Assembly: GCF_036321535.1 (NCBI RefSeq)
Contig: NC_087437.1
Location: 115,198,001-115,262,000 of the forward strand
Length of the DNA stretch: 64,000 bases
From: Camelus dromedarius
Lineage: Eukaryota
Direction: 5' to 3'
Below, one piece after another: positions 12,511 through 24,440 of this stretch; within the stretch, counting starts at the first letter, position 1, and every line of letters begins with the position of its first letter. The translations under genes were made by a program, and so were the position numbers. The notes below the pieces were generated by a model. The model saw only the letters and a program-made list of their open reading frames with translations, did no database searches and was not told the DNA's origin.

Positions 12511-13909
12511 AAAAGAGTCGAATCCTCTAAAATTCAACCCTACCCTACAAAATCTTTATTCCTTAGTATTTCATTTCTCTCCTTAAAGAAAATTCAAACT
12601 GAATTTTTCTCCTTAGGCAAACAATAATTTTTAAAGTTGAGAAACACTGTCTTAGAGAGAAAAATAATAAATGCAAGTCTTTATGGTCAAAAGGTTGAAA
12701 ATCACTAATCAATCTAGAATATTTGGAGAAAGAGAAACCTCAGAATTTTCTCTTAGCTCCACTTGTAGCCTTCCCTCCCTTTTACCACGTACTTCTCACA
12801 CCTCCTCCCAGACACACAGCCAGAGGGAGCAGGATTTGCCTGGAGGGTCGAGCCTGACCAGTGTTTCAGGAGGACTCTGCATTTCAAACATGACACCTTT
12901 GATCCAAGATGAAGAGTTGAAGTTTACGATTCAGACAGATATTTCATTGATTTCCAGCTTTGAGAATGCAGGAAGGATGTCAGCTCTGGAGGATGAGAAG
13001 ATAAACCAATCCCTTGGCAGGAGCTGACTTTTCAGATGAGGGTGAATGGGAAACCTGAAAAGGATCGGTGCAACCTCCTGCATGAGGCTAAAAGCATCTT
13101 TGTTCTCAGCGCTACTGCCAGCAATCAAAGGACCAGGGGAAATGCTCAGCCAGCTGAGACCCAGCCCAGAATCTAGTTGTTCAGGCGTTGATTTAGCACC
13201 CTGCTGTAGCAGGGCAGGCATGGGGCTGTGCCTCAGAGGAAACACTCAGCGTAAAAGGAGCCAGCAATGAAATCCTCATACCCAGGAGGAGGGAAGCAGG
13301 AGATAAACAAAGCAAAGGGCAGGGCAGAGCAGGAGGGGGCTCGAGAACAACAGACACCCGGGCCAGATCACGTTTCTCAACTGGCCAGCTGCTTCCTCAC
13401 CTAAGTGCATTTCCTTTTTCTAGGAACGTGGTCCATGAGCCACAGACCATGCAAACGCCTCCAAGCAGCGCTGCGGCCCTGATCAAAGCCCAGCCACACT
13501 GGCACCAGAATTCGTCCAGGGTGTTTGCTGTCCGGTGGCCAAAAGCAAACAGGGCACTCCTATTTGCATTTCGAGATGGAGACAAAGGGGCAGAGAAAGA
13601 AAGGGAAAGTCAAGCAAAAGACTTACTCCTAAAAATCAAAGCCATGGAAGACCCTGGTCAGCCCCAAACAAAGGGATTCCCTCTCAGGAGCAGTGGGCAG
13701 AAAGCCCTTCCATAGCCGAAGCTCCTGACTTGAGGCTGCCTGGATTACAGCAGGCAGTGCAGTGTCTGCTCCACTTAACTCCACATGTGCATGAGGAAGG
13801 GGGCCCTGGGACTAGAGGCACTAGGTTAAATTCTCTTCAGCCTGACTGCAGCAGATGCTGAACTGAAGTTCTACACCAAATGGGGGAACAGAAATCTCAA
13901 CAACCACTT

Positions 13910-14397
13910 AGGTGATGGTTAATCTTTGGGGCCAACTCGGCTAGGCCATAGTACCCAGATATTTGGCCAAATATCAGTCCAGAGGTGACTGTGAAGCTGC
14001 GCCTTAGATGTGATTAACATTTAAAATGATAAACTTTGAGTAAAGCAGATTATCCTCCACAATGTGGGTGAGCCTTGTCTAATCAGTTGAAGGCCTTATA
14101 AGAAAAACACCGAGGTTCCCCAAGGAAGAGGGAATTCTGCTCCAGACTGCCTTCAGACTCAAGATGCAACATCTACTCTTCCCTGGGTGTCCAGCCTCCA
14201 ACCTGCCCTGCAGATTTTGGACTCACCAGACTCCACAATCATGTGAGCCATTTCCTTAAAATAAATCTTTTTTTTTTTCTTTCTCTCTCTCTCCTCTTCC
14301 CCCTCCCATATATATGTATATTAGATATATATATATTTTAAACACACACACACACACACCCTATATGTTGTTTCTCAAGAGAACCCAGACAAATACA
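13910..14397 (+). mobile_element. MLT2-like ERVL LTR with internal (TA)n/(CA)n
   Basis: gtgatggttaat...ggctaggccatagtacccagatatttgg...gagaacccagacaaataca. Confidence 0.8.
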
Positions 14398-15074
14398 AGT
14401 TACCATCAGTTACCCTGGGTAAGATCAATGTCAGATCATCAACACTGCTAATTTTTTGGCTGTTGTTTTTGCTCTTCCAAATTAACTTAATTGCATGTTA
14501 GGTTTTTTTAAACATCTAGTAATGAATTGGATGAAGGAGGGCTAGACACACAGAGATGTGAAGAATCTGAAACTATAAAAGTAAGGGGAAGAGGTTATTT
14601 CTGACTTTCGGTTATCCTCACTGCCTTTTGGGTTTGGAAACAGAAAGGATACTGGAGTACTACAGAATTCATTTTCACTCTCTAGTATTTAAAAAGATAA
14701 TATGCCCTTTACGCTTTTAAGAGAAGGATATTGGAAAATCAATGACAACATGAGGAATACGGCAAGTCCACAGTAAGCAAGAACTGAAACGATAAACTGA
14801 GCCAGGAGAGACCTAAGGTGGTTCTGCAAAACCGTGACTGACCAGACACTCAAGGAAAAAGGTGGTCTAGTTTTCTGAGTAACTGAGAGCTAATCAGAAA
14901 GCATTAGGAATATCCTTGTTGTCATAACCTTTTATATTGTGTGTGTTCTTTAGATGCCCCATAAGCACCTGAGGCCCAGTGTCTACAGTGTACCATCTTA
15001 GCATCCATAATGATTCACTGCCCACTCCATCTCCCTGCCCCACTGGTGCAGGTAAGCTGAGGAAGAGCAGAAGT

Positions 15075-15800
15075 TTTAACAGACATCCCAAGTGTTCTGT
15101 TACCCCCTGCTGCATAGTAAACCACCCAAAAACGTAATGGCTTACACCAATCATTTATTTTGCTCACAATCTCAGTTTGGACAGACAGAGCTTTACAAAG
15201 ACAACTCAACCCTGCTCCAAAGGGCAATCTGCTAGGTGGGGCTCAGCTGGGCCTGGACGATCCACTTCCTCACACAGCTGGCAGGGTAGAGCTGCCTACC
15301 AGCTGGGACCTCGGCTAGGACTGTCCGCTGAGGACCTCAGGTCTTTGTGGGAACCTCGCCACGGGGCAGCTTGAGCTGCCTCACAGCACGGGAGCTGCAT
15401 TCCGAGAGCCCAGGCAGAAGCTGCAAGGTTTCTCATGACGTAGCCTAGGAAGTCCCAGAATGTCTCTCCCACCTATCAGATAAACAAATCACTAAGCTGA
15501 GCCTCGATTCCAGGGAAGGGTACAACCCTCCACCTCTCAGTAAGAGGAAGGAATTTGCAGCCATCATAAACCTACCACACTGAATCTTGGCTAGGTCTCT
15601 TCTCCCCTCTGAGGGAGAACTGCATGTCCAAAGATGGACACGCCCTCTTGGCCTGGTCCCTGCACTAGAAAGATGCACAGAGCAGAGCCCGCAGCAGCCA
15701 TGGCTTGAAGCGGCAGCAGCAAACCTGCTGAGCCTGCTGGTAACATGAGCACAAAACAAAGATTTGCTGTTAGAAGCCATTGAAATTCTGAGGCCATCTG
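15075..15800. mobile_element. MaLR (MLT1-like) LTR fragments
   Basis: tgctgcatagtaaaccacccaaaa...tggctta...tttattttgctcacaatct motif, twice. Confidence 0.6.
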
Positions 15801-17735
15801 CTATTTCAGCAAAGCTCACTAAAACAATGTGCAAGACTGCATTCTTTATAGGGGCCCCTCCACCAGCCCTTCCCACCATGGTCCCTGTCACCAGGAATGA
15901 TCCGCCATCCTCCCCAAATCCCTCATCATCTCATAAAAAGCTTATCTGTCTCTGCCTCCCCCTTCCTGCTACCACTATGCTTCAAGGCGAGTCTCTGCCC
16001 CCACATGAAGTACACTCTGTCCAGTTTTGCCTCCCTCGGACTGGTCTCCAATCTGCCTAAATTGTGGTCTTTCTAACACACAAAACTGCTCATCCTGCTT
16101 GAAAGAAAAAAAAGAAAAAAAATTTGGCTAAAAAGTCCAAATTACCAACAAGTACATATAAACCTTTTTGATCTATGTATCACATGTATGTGCCATACCA
16201 TGAAAGAACATTCAATTTTGCTGCAAAGAAAACAAAAACAAACAGCATGGATGAAGCTCATAGATGTATTGAGTCAGTAACTTTTAAGACACACTAAAGA
16301 AAAGTGAAACAAATGGAACAAACAAATGGTGAACACAGAAAAACAGAACGAAAGAGAGCGTTCCTCCTAGGCACAAAGTCATGGGTGGACCTAGTAAATC
16401 TTTAGATATTAGTAAGACACAAATCATGCCACCTCCAGAATGACAGTTGTCATCCCTAAATCAGCCACTCATTAGGGCCCCTACCTATATCCTACCTAGA
16501 AACACAGGTAAAACGCACAGCTTCGCTGCAGCTCCCTGGCAAATCACAGCTCTTCCAGGCATATGTGTCCCAGTCTCTCCAACAGAGTGAGTATGGGCTG
16601 ACCACAGGCATCCTCCACCTCCTGAGCCCCCTATTTAACCTCAACCCTGATCCTTATAACCACACCCTTAGCAGGGATGCTGGTGCAGGAGACAGGCAGG
16701 ATGTGCGGCCACTGCATAGCTCAGGATTCAGGTGTGCAGTCCTTCCATCCCTCGGGAACCCCATCCTAAGTGTTAACTGACCACAGAACTCTCTGTCTGC
16801 TTCTTGCTGTACATTTTGAATTGATTTAATAAACTGTGCTATTTGCACATCTTAACTTGGTCTGCAAGCCTCTCTCTTCTGTGACCACTGGGATAGCCTG
16901 CCTGGCAGTGTTCTTAGAAGTTCCCACTGCATCAAGGTGGTTTCCCAAGTAACACTCCAGCCCCATCTTTCCCTCCGGCCTCATCCTGGCCAGAATAGAA
17001 CAGGCCCCTGGATGGCCTTACAGAGCAGGACCACCTCCCCAAGAGAGGAGTAGACTTCTAGCAGTTTGAGCCACAGTGGTTCTGGGTCTCTTTGTTACAG
17101 CAGCCTAGCCCGTACCTATATTATACAGTAACTATGTTCTTTAAAATGCTACACATATAAAGATGTGTATTAAGTAACAATGACTTGGGAAACTAAGAGC
17201 ACAGCAGTCACATTTTTGTGTTAAAAAGAAATCTGTGCTTCTGTGGTATTTTATGTAACTGCAGTATTTTTTTTAAACTTGGCTTTGGTTTTAAGTTGAA
17301 ATCTTACTAAACAGACATCATATTAGAATATATATAAGAAAACATCAAGCTTACTACATTTATAAGTTTAATAATTTATAGGAATTATGTAAGTGCTCAG
17401 AAAGGTGGTGTTTGTTCATTCAGACAACTTATATACCTAAAAAGAAAACAGGGGCGGGTAGGGAGGAAAGTGGGAGCAGGCGACGCAGAACAAGTGTATA
17501 CGCTCTGTGGGGTACACACAGGAACACTCCTAGTTTCCACACTGAGTGGTGAGTTCACGGCTATTTATCATGTAATTTCAAATCCATGACTGAAAGAGGG
17601 CCACGCATGGACCAATGATGAGAGAGCATTTTGACCAAGGATGATGATTCACCCAAGTCTATGCACCTAGAGTCCAAAAACAAAATGTTTGATATTCAAG
17701 TTTGTAAACAGGATAAATATTATTCAAAAATTCCC

Positions 17736-17834
17736 GGGGTGGGATGGGGGGTCAGGGGGGACAGCTCAGTGGTAGGGCGCATGCTCCGCATGCATGAGGT
17801 CCTGGGTTCAGTCCCTAGTATCTCCAGTTAAAAA
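17736..17834 (+). mobile_element. tRNA-derived SINE (short-tail form) with TSD
   Basis: TSD aaaaattccc (17726-17735 / 17835-17844). Confidence 0.88.
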
Positions 17835-18139
17835 AAAAATTCCCTTAAAAGTGATCACAAATACTTCCTAAACTTCTAAGAATGGTAAGCTGTATTTAAA
17901 AGCCCACAGAAGAACTATTAGGCTACCAAATGAAACGGACTCTTTATAAGGTTTTAAAAAAAAAATACCAAATATCAAAAATTTCATGATTCAACCTAAC
18001 TGATCCTTTAATTTATAATTTTAATAAATTGAAAAACATTATTTTAAACAAAAAGCAGGTTTCTGAATAGACTCTTCGGCAATACAAAAATTACCCTCGA
18101 GCAAGGACCAAGGTAGCAGGTGTTTACATCAGGTATCAA

Positions 18140-18895
18140 GTCTCCTGACCTGCAGGGCCCCAGCCACCTGCCTGAGGAGGGACTTACCCACCACCCAGCA
18201 GCTCCTCGCCCATGGCCTCACCTACAATGACTTCCTGAACCTCCCAGGATTCATAGACGTCACAGCTGATGTGATGAAGCTGACTTCAGCCCTGACTCAG
18301 ACTATCAGGCTGATCTCCTGCCCCACAAAAACTGAGACAGAGGCTGACTGGCTAACGCAATGGCTCTGATGGGTAGTCTTGGTTCCATTCACAACTGTCC
18401 CCCAGAGTTCCAGGCCAACGAGGTGTGAAGGTCAAGAATTATGAGCTGGGCTCCATCACAGACCCCATGGTGCCAAGCCCCTCACACACCACGGGCAATG
18501 TGCTGGATGTAGGCCAAGATTCAGCATGGTGTCTCTGGCCTCCCCATCACTGAGACGGGCACCAGGGGCAGCAAGCTGGTGGGCACTGTCACCTCCTGAG
18601 ACACCAACTTCCTCACCAAGAAGGACCACACCACCCTCTTCAGTGAGGTGATGACACTGCAGAATGAGGTGGTCGTCCTCCAGCGGGTGTGATGTTGAAA
18701 GAAGCAAATGTGGGGTAGGGGGTATAGATCAGTGGTAGAGTGCAAGCTGGGACATGCATGAGGTCCTGGGTTCAATCCCCAGCACCTCCCTTAAGGGGGA
18801 TGGCCCTGAACCTGCTGCGTGCTCAGGCCTGGCTCCCACCCCTGCAGCAGATGACCCCTCCTCACTTCTCCTGTAGGGTACCTCTCCCTAGCCTA
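18140..18895 (+). pseudogene. IMPDH1: Processed IMPDH1 pseudogene fragment in HLCS intron 2, antisense to HLCS, interrupted by a SINE
   Basis: Intronless decayed frames give [63 protein letters not shown] and GVMLKEAN, which are IMPDH1-type rather than IMPDH2-type. Stops at 18426 and 18597, plus frameshifts. The coding match ends at ~18710; assigning 18795-18895 to the 3'UTR is less certain. Confidence 0.9.
18711..18793 (+). mobile_element. tRNA-derived SINE inside the IMPDH1 retrocopy, no tail or TSD visible
   Basis: gggggtatagatcagtggtagagtgc...gtcctgggttcaatccccagcacctcc. Confidence 0.88.
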
Positions 18896-19915
18896 ACAGG
18901 GGCTCAAAAAATGGTATTACTATTACCATAAGTACATGTAAGGCTAAATAAAACATTAGGAACCTGCAGGTGAAAGCACTGCCGAAGCACACTGGGCTAC
19001 TCTCAGGCCCCCTGCCAAATCCTGGGCCCCCTTCTGAGCCCCAAACACGGTTTCCTGCTCTCCTGTGGCTTCCCCTACCTCTTAACTCTCACTTCAGTCC
19101 ACCTTCAATTCTAGTCAATTATTTCTAGTCTTACTCCTCTCCTTTTTCATTCATCCCAATGAAACATCTTAAAGACAGTGTTTTTGAGATGGAGGTCCAG
19201 TGACTGTGGCTGTCATCAGCAAAACCCCTCCTGGATTAGCCACGTAGCAGGCGGGGAACACACGGCAGGGGAGTGAAGGCAGAAAGGATTCATGACAGAC
19301 AGCAAGCAGAAGCAGCCTACAAGGAGGGGTCAGGGTCAGACTTCCTTGAGCCCCAAGGGTGACGGCATCTGCTGAGAAGGCGTCCATTGAAAGCTGAAGC
19401 AAGAGCGTGTCGCCACTGGATTTGTGTCCAGAAACATAATTCTGGCCATCAAGAGGAAAACCCAGCAGAGAAACATAAACAACCAGTTTGGGACATGTTA
19501 TTGAGTTTGAAAGGCTTTCAGAATACTTAGGGTAAGAGGTCTAGGAAGTACATGGGGATATAAATCCACTGATTGTAAAAGCAAGAAGCTGTGGGGATGG
19601 ACCAGACGACCTGGGGAGAGACATGAGCAGCGCTGCCCAATAACATAACGTGAGTCAAAAACACAACTTAAAACACAGGTAGCTTTAAATCTAGCAACCA
19701 CATTGAAAAGGTAAAAGGAAATGGGTCAACGTACTTTTACTAACATTATACCAGTATTATACTAATACTATATTAGTAATGTTACTAATATATTTTTATT
19801 TAACCCAAAATATCCAAAAAGAAAGGGAGTCACAAAGGCCAAGACAGAGCACTCATCAAAGAAAAAGCAAATTTAGTTTTGATTACAGCACACAAGTGAA
19901 AAACAGGGTACTCAC

Positions 19916-20053
19916 GGTGTCTGAAGAGGATGATGGTCTCTGTAAATTCTCGCCTTGCACCCAAATGCTCTCTGTCACAAATGCTATGTGCTCTGCTTCA
20001 AGTATAAAAGGAGAAACCAGAAACAGGGCCCATTTGTTCAAGTCATCAATGCA
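19916..20053 (-). CDS. HLCS: HLCS coding exon 2, 138 nt, CIDDLNKWALFLVSPFILEAEHIAFVTESIWVQGENLQRPSSSSDT
   Basis: Pyrimidine tract + CAG acceptor (20055-20054), donor ACC|GTGAGT, phase 0-0. Matches the HLCS N-terminal extension. Confidence 0.93.
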
Positions 20054-21149
20054 CTGGACAGAGGGAAAGAAATGCAAAAAAGCAGGATTCAATATGACTT
20101 CAAACCCTAACGGCCACTTATATCAACACCCAGGACACCCCTGCCTCTGTCACTCCAGGTGGGATCTGAGTAAGGTCACTGGATACTCTCCTATAGACCA
20201 CATTAATCCTGCATTTTTTTGTTGTTGTTGTTGAACTGTGACCATTTAAACAGCTGCAACATCCCTCAATGACTCATGGCAACTTTAACACCTCTAGATG
20301 TTTGTTATCAAGCAATTAATTCTGAAAGTTATTCCCCCCTTTCCCTACTGCTGAGAGCACGTAGGAGCTTTCCAAATGACCACCAGGAAGCACATTTAAA
20401 GATGAGGCACCTCCGAAGGGCATGCCAGTCAGCAGAAGCCTGTTACTGACAGACACCTGAAGAGCTGGGCTTCCGTTCCCTCCATCCATTACATCAAGAT
20501 TGGTTAGCAAATTGGATGCGTCCACTAACCTCTGCTCTCCTCCTGAAATCTAACAGGACTGCATATTAATCTTGAAAAGCTCTAAGCCACTAAAAGCAAG
20601 GCACATCCAGAGCAGAAAAAGCTGAAATCTAAGGCTGCAGGTGGGATCCCTATCATTACTGCCCCACCAAAAACAGGTATTTGGGTCAAGATCCAGAGCT
20701 TATCAGTTCAAATCTGCCCTTGTTGGGAAGATCAGAAGGTGTTTTCACCCAGCCTGGTAACCTGACACAAAAAAAGAAGCTTAATAAATATCTTTTGAAC
20801 TAATTAATGAATGAAAATTTGAGGGAGAAAAAACTCCTCCTATGGCTAAACATAATTATCAACTTAACAGTTAAAAATAAAAAACAGATTGTCCAACTTT
20901 ACTCATAGAAAATATGTATATTAAACAAACGGCTTAAAATTTCCAGTTTGTATAAACTATCTTCGGTTATACTTACCAATTCTTGTGGGAGCTTCGATTA
21001 TATAAATATACACATTCAGTATTTATGCATCTAAATTTAAATATATAAAATATGGAAACAGCACAGGCAGAAGATTCAGTCCTGTAAAGCTACTTCAGTC
21101 CTCGCAGACTGACAATAAGGTATGTACTCAACCAAATCATCAGCAGTGT

Positions 21150-21255
21150 TTCTTCTTTTAAATGGAGGTACTGGGGATTGAACCCAGGACCTTATGCATA
21201 CTGAGCATATGCTCTATCACTGTACCGCTGAGCTACACCCACCCCACGCCCCCCA
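21150..21255 (-). mobile_element. tRNA-derived SINE
   Basis: Reverse complement of the SINE body (ggaggtactggggattgaacccaggacc). Confidence 0.85.
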
Positions 21256-22789
21256 CCACGGTATTTTAAACCTTAAAATAACAGTAGCTAAACACAAAAT
21301 AGTCAAGCTTTCCAATTACAGGCTTCAAATATCAGAGCGTAAACCCAACAACCACTGAACACTTCATCCATTGAAATACCGAGTGCCAATTACAGGTCAA
21401 TCTGCTAAGCTAAACAGATTCAGTTCCTAGAGAGAAAGAGATAAAAATTGGAAATATGAAGTGTGATTTAATGTCTATGAGGACACAGAGCTGGCTGGTC
21501 CCATCTAGTCTGGAAATTCAGCGACATCTCTGTGAAACACTGGTATCTGGGCAAAGCTCTAAGGTGAAGCAAAGTTAACTGTGCAAAGAGCAGGACACAG
21601 CAAATTACAAAACCCCTGAAAGCCTACGGCTGGTCTGGCCCAGATGCCCGTACGCCAAGCTGGAGCAGTCAGCGAGGGCTGACAGGCTTTAGTTACAGCT
21701 ATCAAAGTTAACAGAAGACCAATGAAGTCATGCAGATGTGCAAAAGTAAAACTATCTTCCAAGAAAATTAAACATATTTGCATCTCATTACTTTCGAATG
21801 TACAAAACTTCTCTAATCTAAACCTCTTAGCGATTATTTTTTAGGTGACTGAATCCAGTTTGGAAACCACTACCATAGAAAAACCCACTCCTCAATTTTC
21901 CTTATTTTATCATCTTTCTCAGTAAGGGTTCCTTGAAAGAATTAAGCCCTCCCTCACTAAGGAGTACTTTGTATGTAATATGAACGGACATCTCCCCCTC
22001 AAATCTGCGATATTAGATAAGCACCTTCTTAGAACTGACAAAATAATTACTCAAATTCTGTGCTATATAATATACCAAAAAGGATGGCTATTTTTGATTT
22101 TTAACATCTAAGTATACTCTCAAACCTAAACCTAATTTCAACAAAATAGTCAAACCTGAGATAATGGATTTTAATTCCCACAGGGTGTGTAGTTTTACAC
22201 ACAAAGATCTCGTTTCAGTACTAAGAGTGATGCAACTTTCCAGAAGGAAGAAGGGCAAGAAACCGATTAAGAGCAAAAAACTTAAATGTGAATGAAAAAA
22301 ATGTCAGCGATATCAACGGAAATTTGATCAGAACTGGACCTTGAAGCCCATTTCCAGTAGCTGAGTGGAAGGAACTATTGTTTCCTTTTACAGAAAGATA
22401 GCAGAGCTTTTGCAGAGATTAAACGGCCACCCCAGGTTACACAGTGGGTGACAGCCCGCTGAACTTGTAGCCACCAGGTTAAATATTGGGCCGGAAGGCA
22501 AAACAACGCAAAACGAAACCATAAAGATGCAAAGATAATCAGCAGGTGCCCCGGTTGGCAAAAGACGCAACTGGCAGGAGCCGGGGACAGGGCAGTGTTT
22601 TGTCACCTGGGAAATACCTGACAGAAAGCTGAGGATTTGCTGTCTTTCTCTAAAACCAGGTTCAACCAAACTCCAGCCTACAGTGTAGGCAAGAGAGGGT
22701 GTCAGGAAAGAGGCTCCAGGTGAGCACTGCTCAGGTGCTAATCCACATCGCACAGACACACGGGTACATGCCAGGAGCCAGGCGTCCAT

Positions 22790-23520
22790 ACACTTGCGCC
22801 GGCACCTCGTGGAGAGGCGACCAGATTGCATGTCACAGTTTCCGCCTTCGGTCCTCTTCTGCAGGCTCCCGCGGGCACCGCACGCAGTGGAGCCCCGGAA
22901 TCTGGCCCTCCCGGGAGCCCAAGCCCGCGGCCTCAGGGCCTCGCGGAGAGAGCCGCCGAGGTGCACAGCCCGGGAACAGGGACGGCGCGGGGCCCCGGGG
23001 GCGCTTCCGGCTTTGGGCGGACCGGAGGCCGCGCCCCCGGCCGGCCCCGCCCTCGCGCCCCCCAACCCGCCCGGCCCCGCCCCCGCCCCCCGCCGGGCCG
23101 CGCCCCGCGGCGCCCCGCGCCCGCCCACCTGGCTCTCGCCGACGCAGAAGACGCGGCCGCCGCGGCTCAGGCACACGCGGGCGTCCCGGGGCTGCGCGGC
23201 GGCGCCGCAGAAGGTGAAGGAGCAGCGCGAGGCGCGCAGCCGCTGCACCGTGGTGCGCACGAGAGCGGCCGGCCGGCGCCCCCAGCGCGCCCACAGGTAC
23301 AGGTAGCACAGCGTGATGAGCATGGCCGGCCGGCCGGCGGCGGAGCGCTGGCCCCGGACGCTCGCACCACCGGCCGGCCCGCCTGCCTGAGCGCCCGGCC
23401 CCGCCCTCCCGCAGGCCGGAAGAGGCCGCGCCGCCCCGGGAAGGCCGCGGGGCGGCGGGGGAGCGGGAGGGGCAGCCGCATTGATGGAGGGAGTCGAGAA
23501 GCCAGGCTGGGAGGGAAGGG
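22790..23520 (-). promoter_or_regulatory. HLCS: CpG island / promoter of the long HLCS isoform
   Basis: Very high GC and CpG density, many GC boxes, contains coding exon 1. Confidence 0.9.
23129..23323 (-). CDS. HLCS: HLCS coding exon 1 (long isoform), 65 codons, MLITLCYLYLWARWGRR...VFCVGESQ
   Basis: ATG in GCC-ATG context inside a CpG island. Translation matches the recalled N-terminus of the long mammalian HLCS isoform. Donor CAG|GTGGG (GT at 23128-23127), phase 0. Confidence 0.93.
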
Positions 23521-23644
23521 TGTGAGGGGGGAGGGAGGTGATGGATGGAGAAAGGAGGCTGCGCCGGGGGAGGTGAGTGGGAGGGGGCCAGGAGAGGCCG
23601 CTCAGGGTGGAGGATGGAGGTAACGTGGAGGGAGAGGGCAGGCC

Positions 23645-23662
23645 GGGGGGGGGGGGGGGGGG
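23645..23662 (+). repeat. Poly-G tract (18 G)
   Basis: Direct read. Confidence 0.9.
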
Positions 23663-24002
23663 CAGAGTGAAACAGGTTGGGGACCTGGGAGTAAGCCCTG
23701 TGGCTCCTTGGCGCGTTTAAGACAGAGTCCGGCCTTCCTTCCTTGAGGGATGTGAGGCAGATTGAGGAAGGCGCTCTGTATGTTTTTAACGTCAACAACC
23801 AACATTAACCAGCCTCGTGCCAGGAGTCAACGTGTACTGATAACACACAGCCGCTAGCCAGTCCAGGTGGGAAAATAAGGTGAGACTGATTTCATTAGAT
23901 TATATTAGACCTTCATGCAAAAAAGGATTTTAAGATAAATCACGTAAGTTCGTAGAATGCAATGATACATGCACTTCTGGACTGTTTTAAAATAAGGGCA
24001 GG

Positions 24003-24440
24003 AGCCATAAAAAAGAATGAAATAATGCCATTTGCAGCAACTTGGAAACGCCTAGAGATTATCATACTAAATGAAGTAAGGCAGACAAAGGCAAATACCA
24101 TATGATACCACTTTTAGGTGGAATCTAAAAAAAAAAAGACACAAATGAACTTATTCAAAAAAAGAATAGAAAACAAACTTATGGTTACCTAAGGGGAAAA
24201 GGAAGGGGAGGGATAAATTAGGAGTATGGGATTAACAGATACACACTATATGTAACATAGATAAACAACAAGGACCTACTGTGTAGCGCAGGGAACTATA
24301 TTCAGTAGCTTGTAATAACCTATAATGGAAATACGAAAAAGAATAGACATAATGTGTAACTGAATCACTTTGCTGTACACCTGAGACTAACACAACATTG
24401 AAAATCAGCTATACTTCAGTTTTCAAAAATAATCAAATAA
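24003..24440 (+). mobile_element. L1 3' end
   Basis: gccataaaaaagaatgaaataatgccatttgcagcaac...gggaactatattcag. Confidence 0.9.

Noticed and set aside
17755..17826. tRNA-Ala-like sequences (also 50287 and ~20 other copies)
   Set aside because: They have TSDs and/or A-rich tails and imperfect stems, so they are SINE copies rather than tRNA genes.
22388..23798. Long overlapping ORFs (up to 321 aa) over the HLCS island
   Set aside because: Low-complexity Pro/Arg/Gly/Ala frames expected in GC-rich DNA. Only 23129-23323 has homology and a splice donor.
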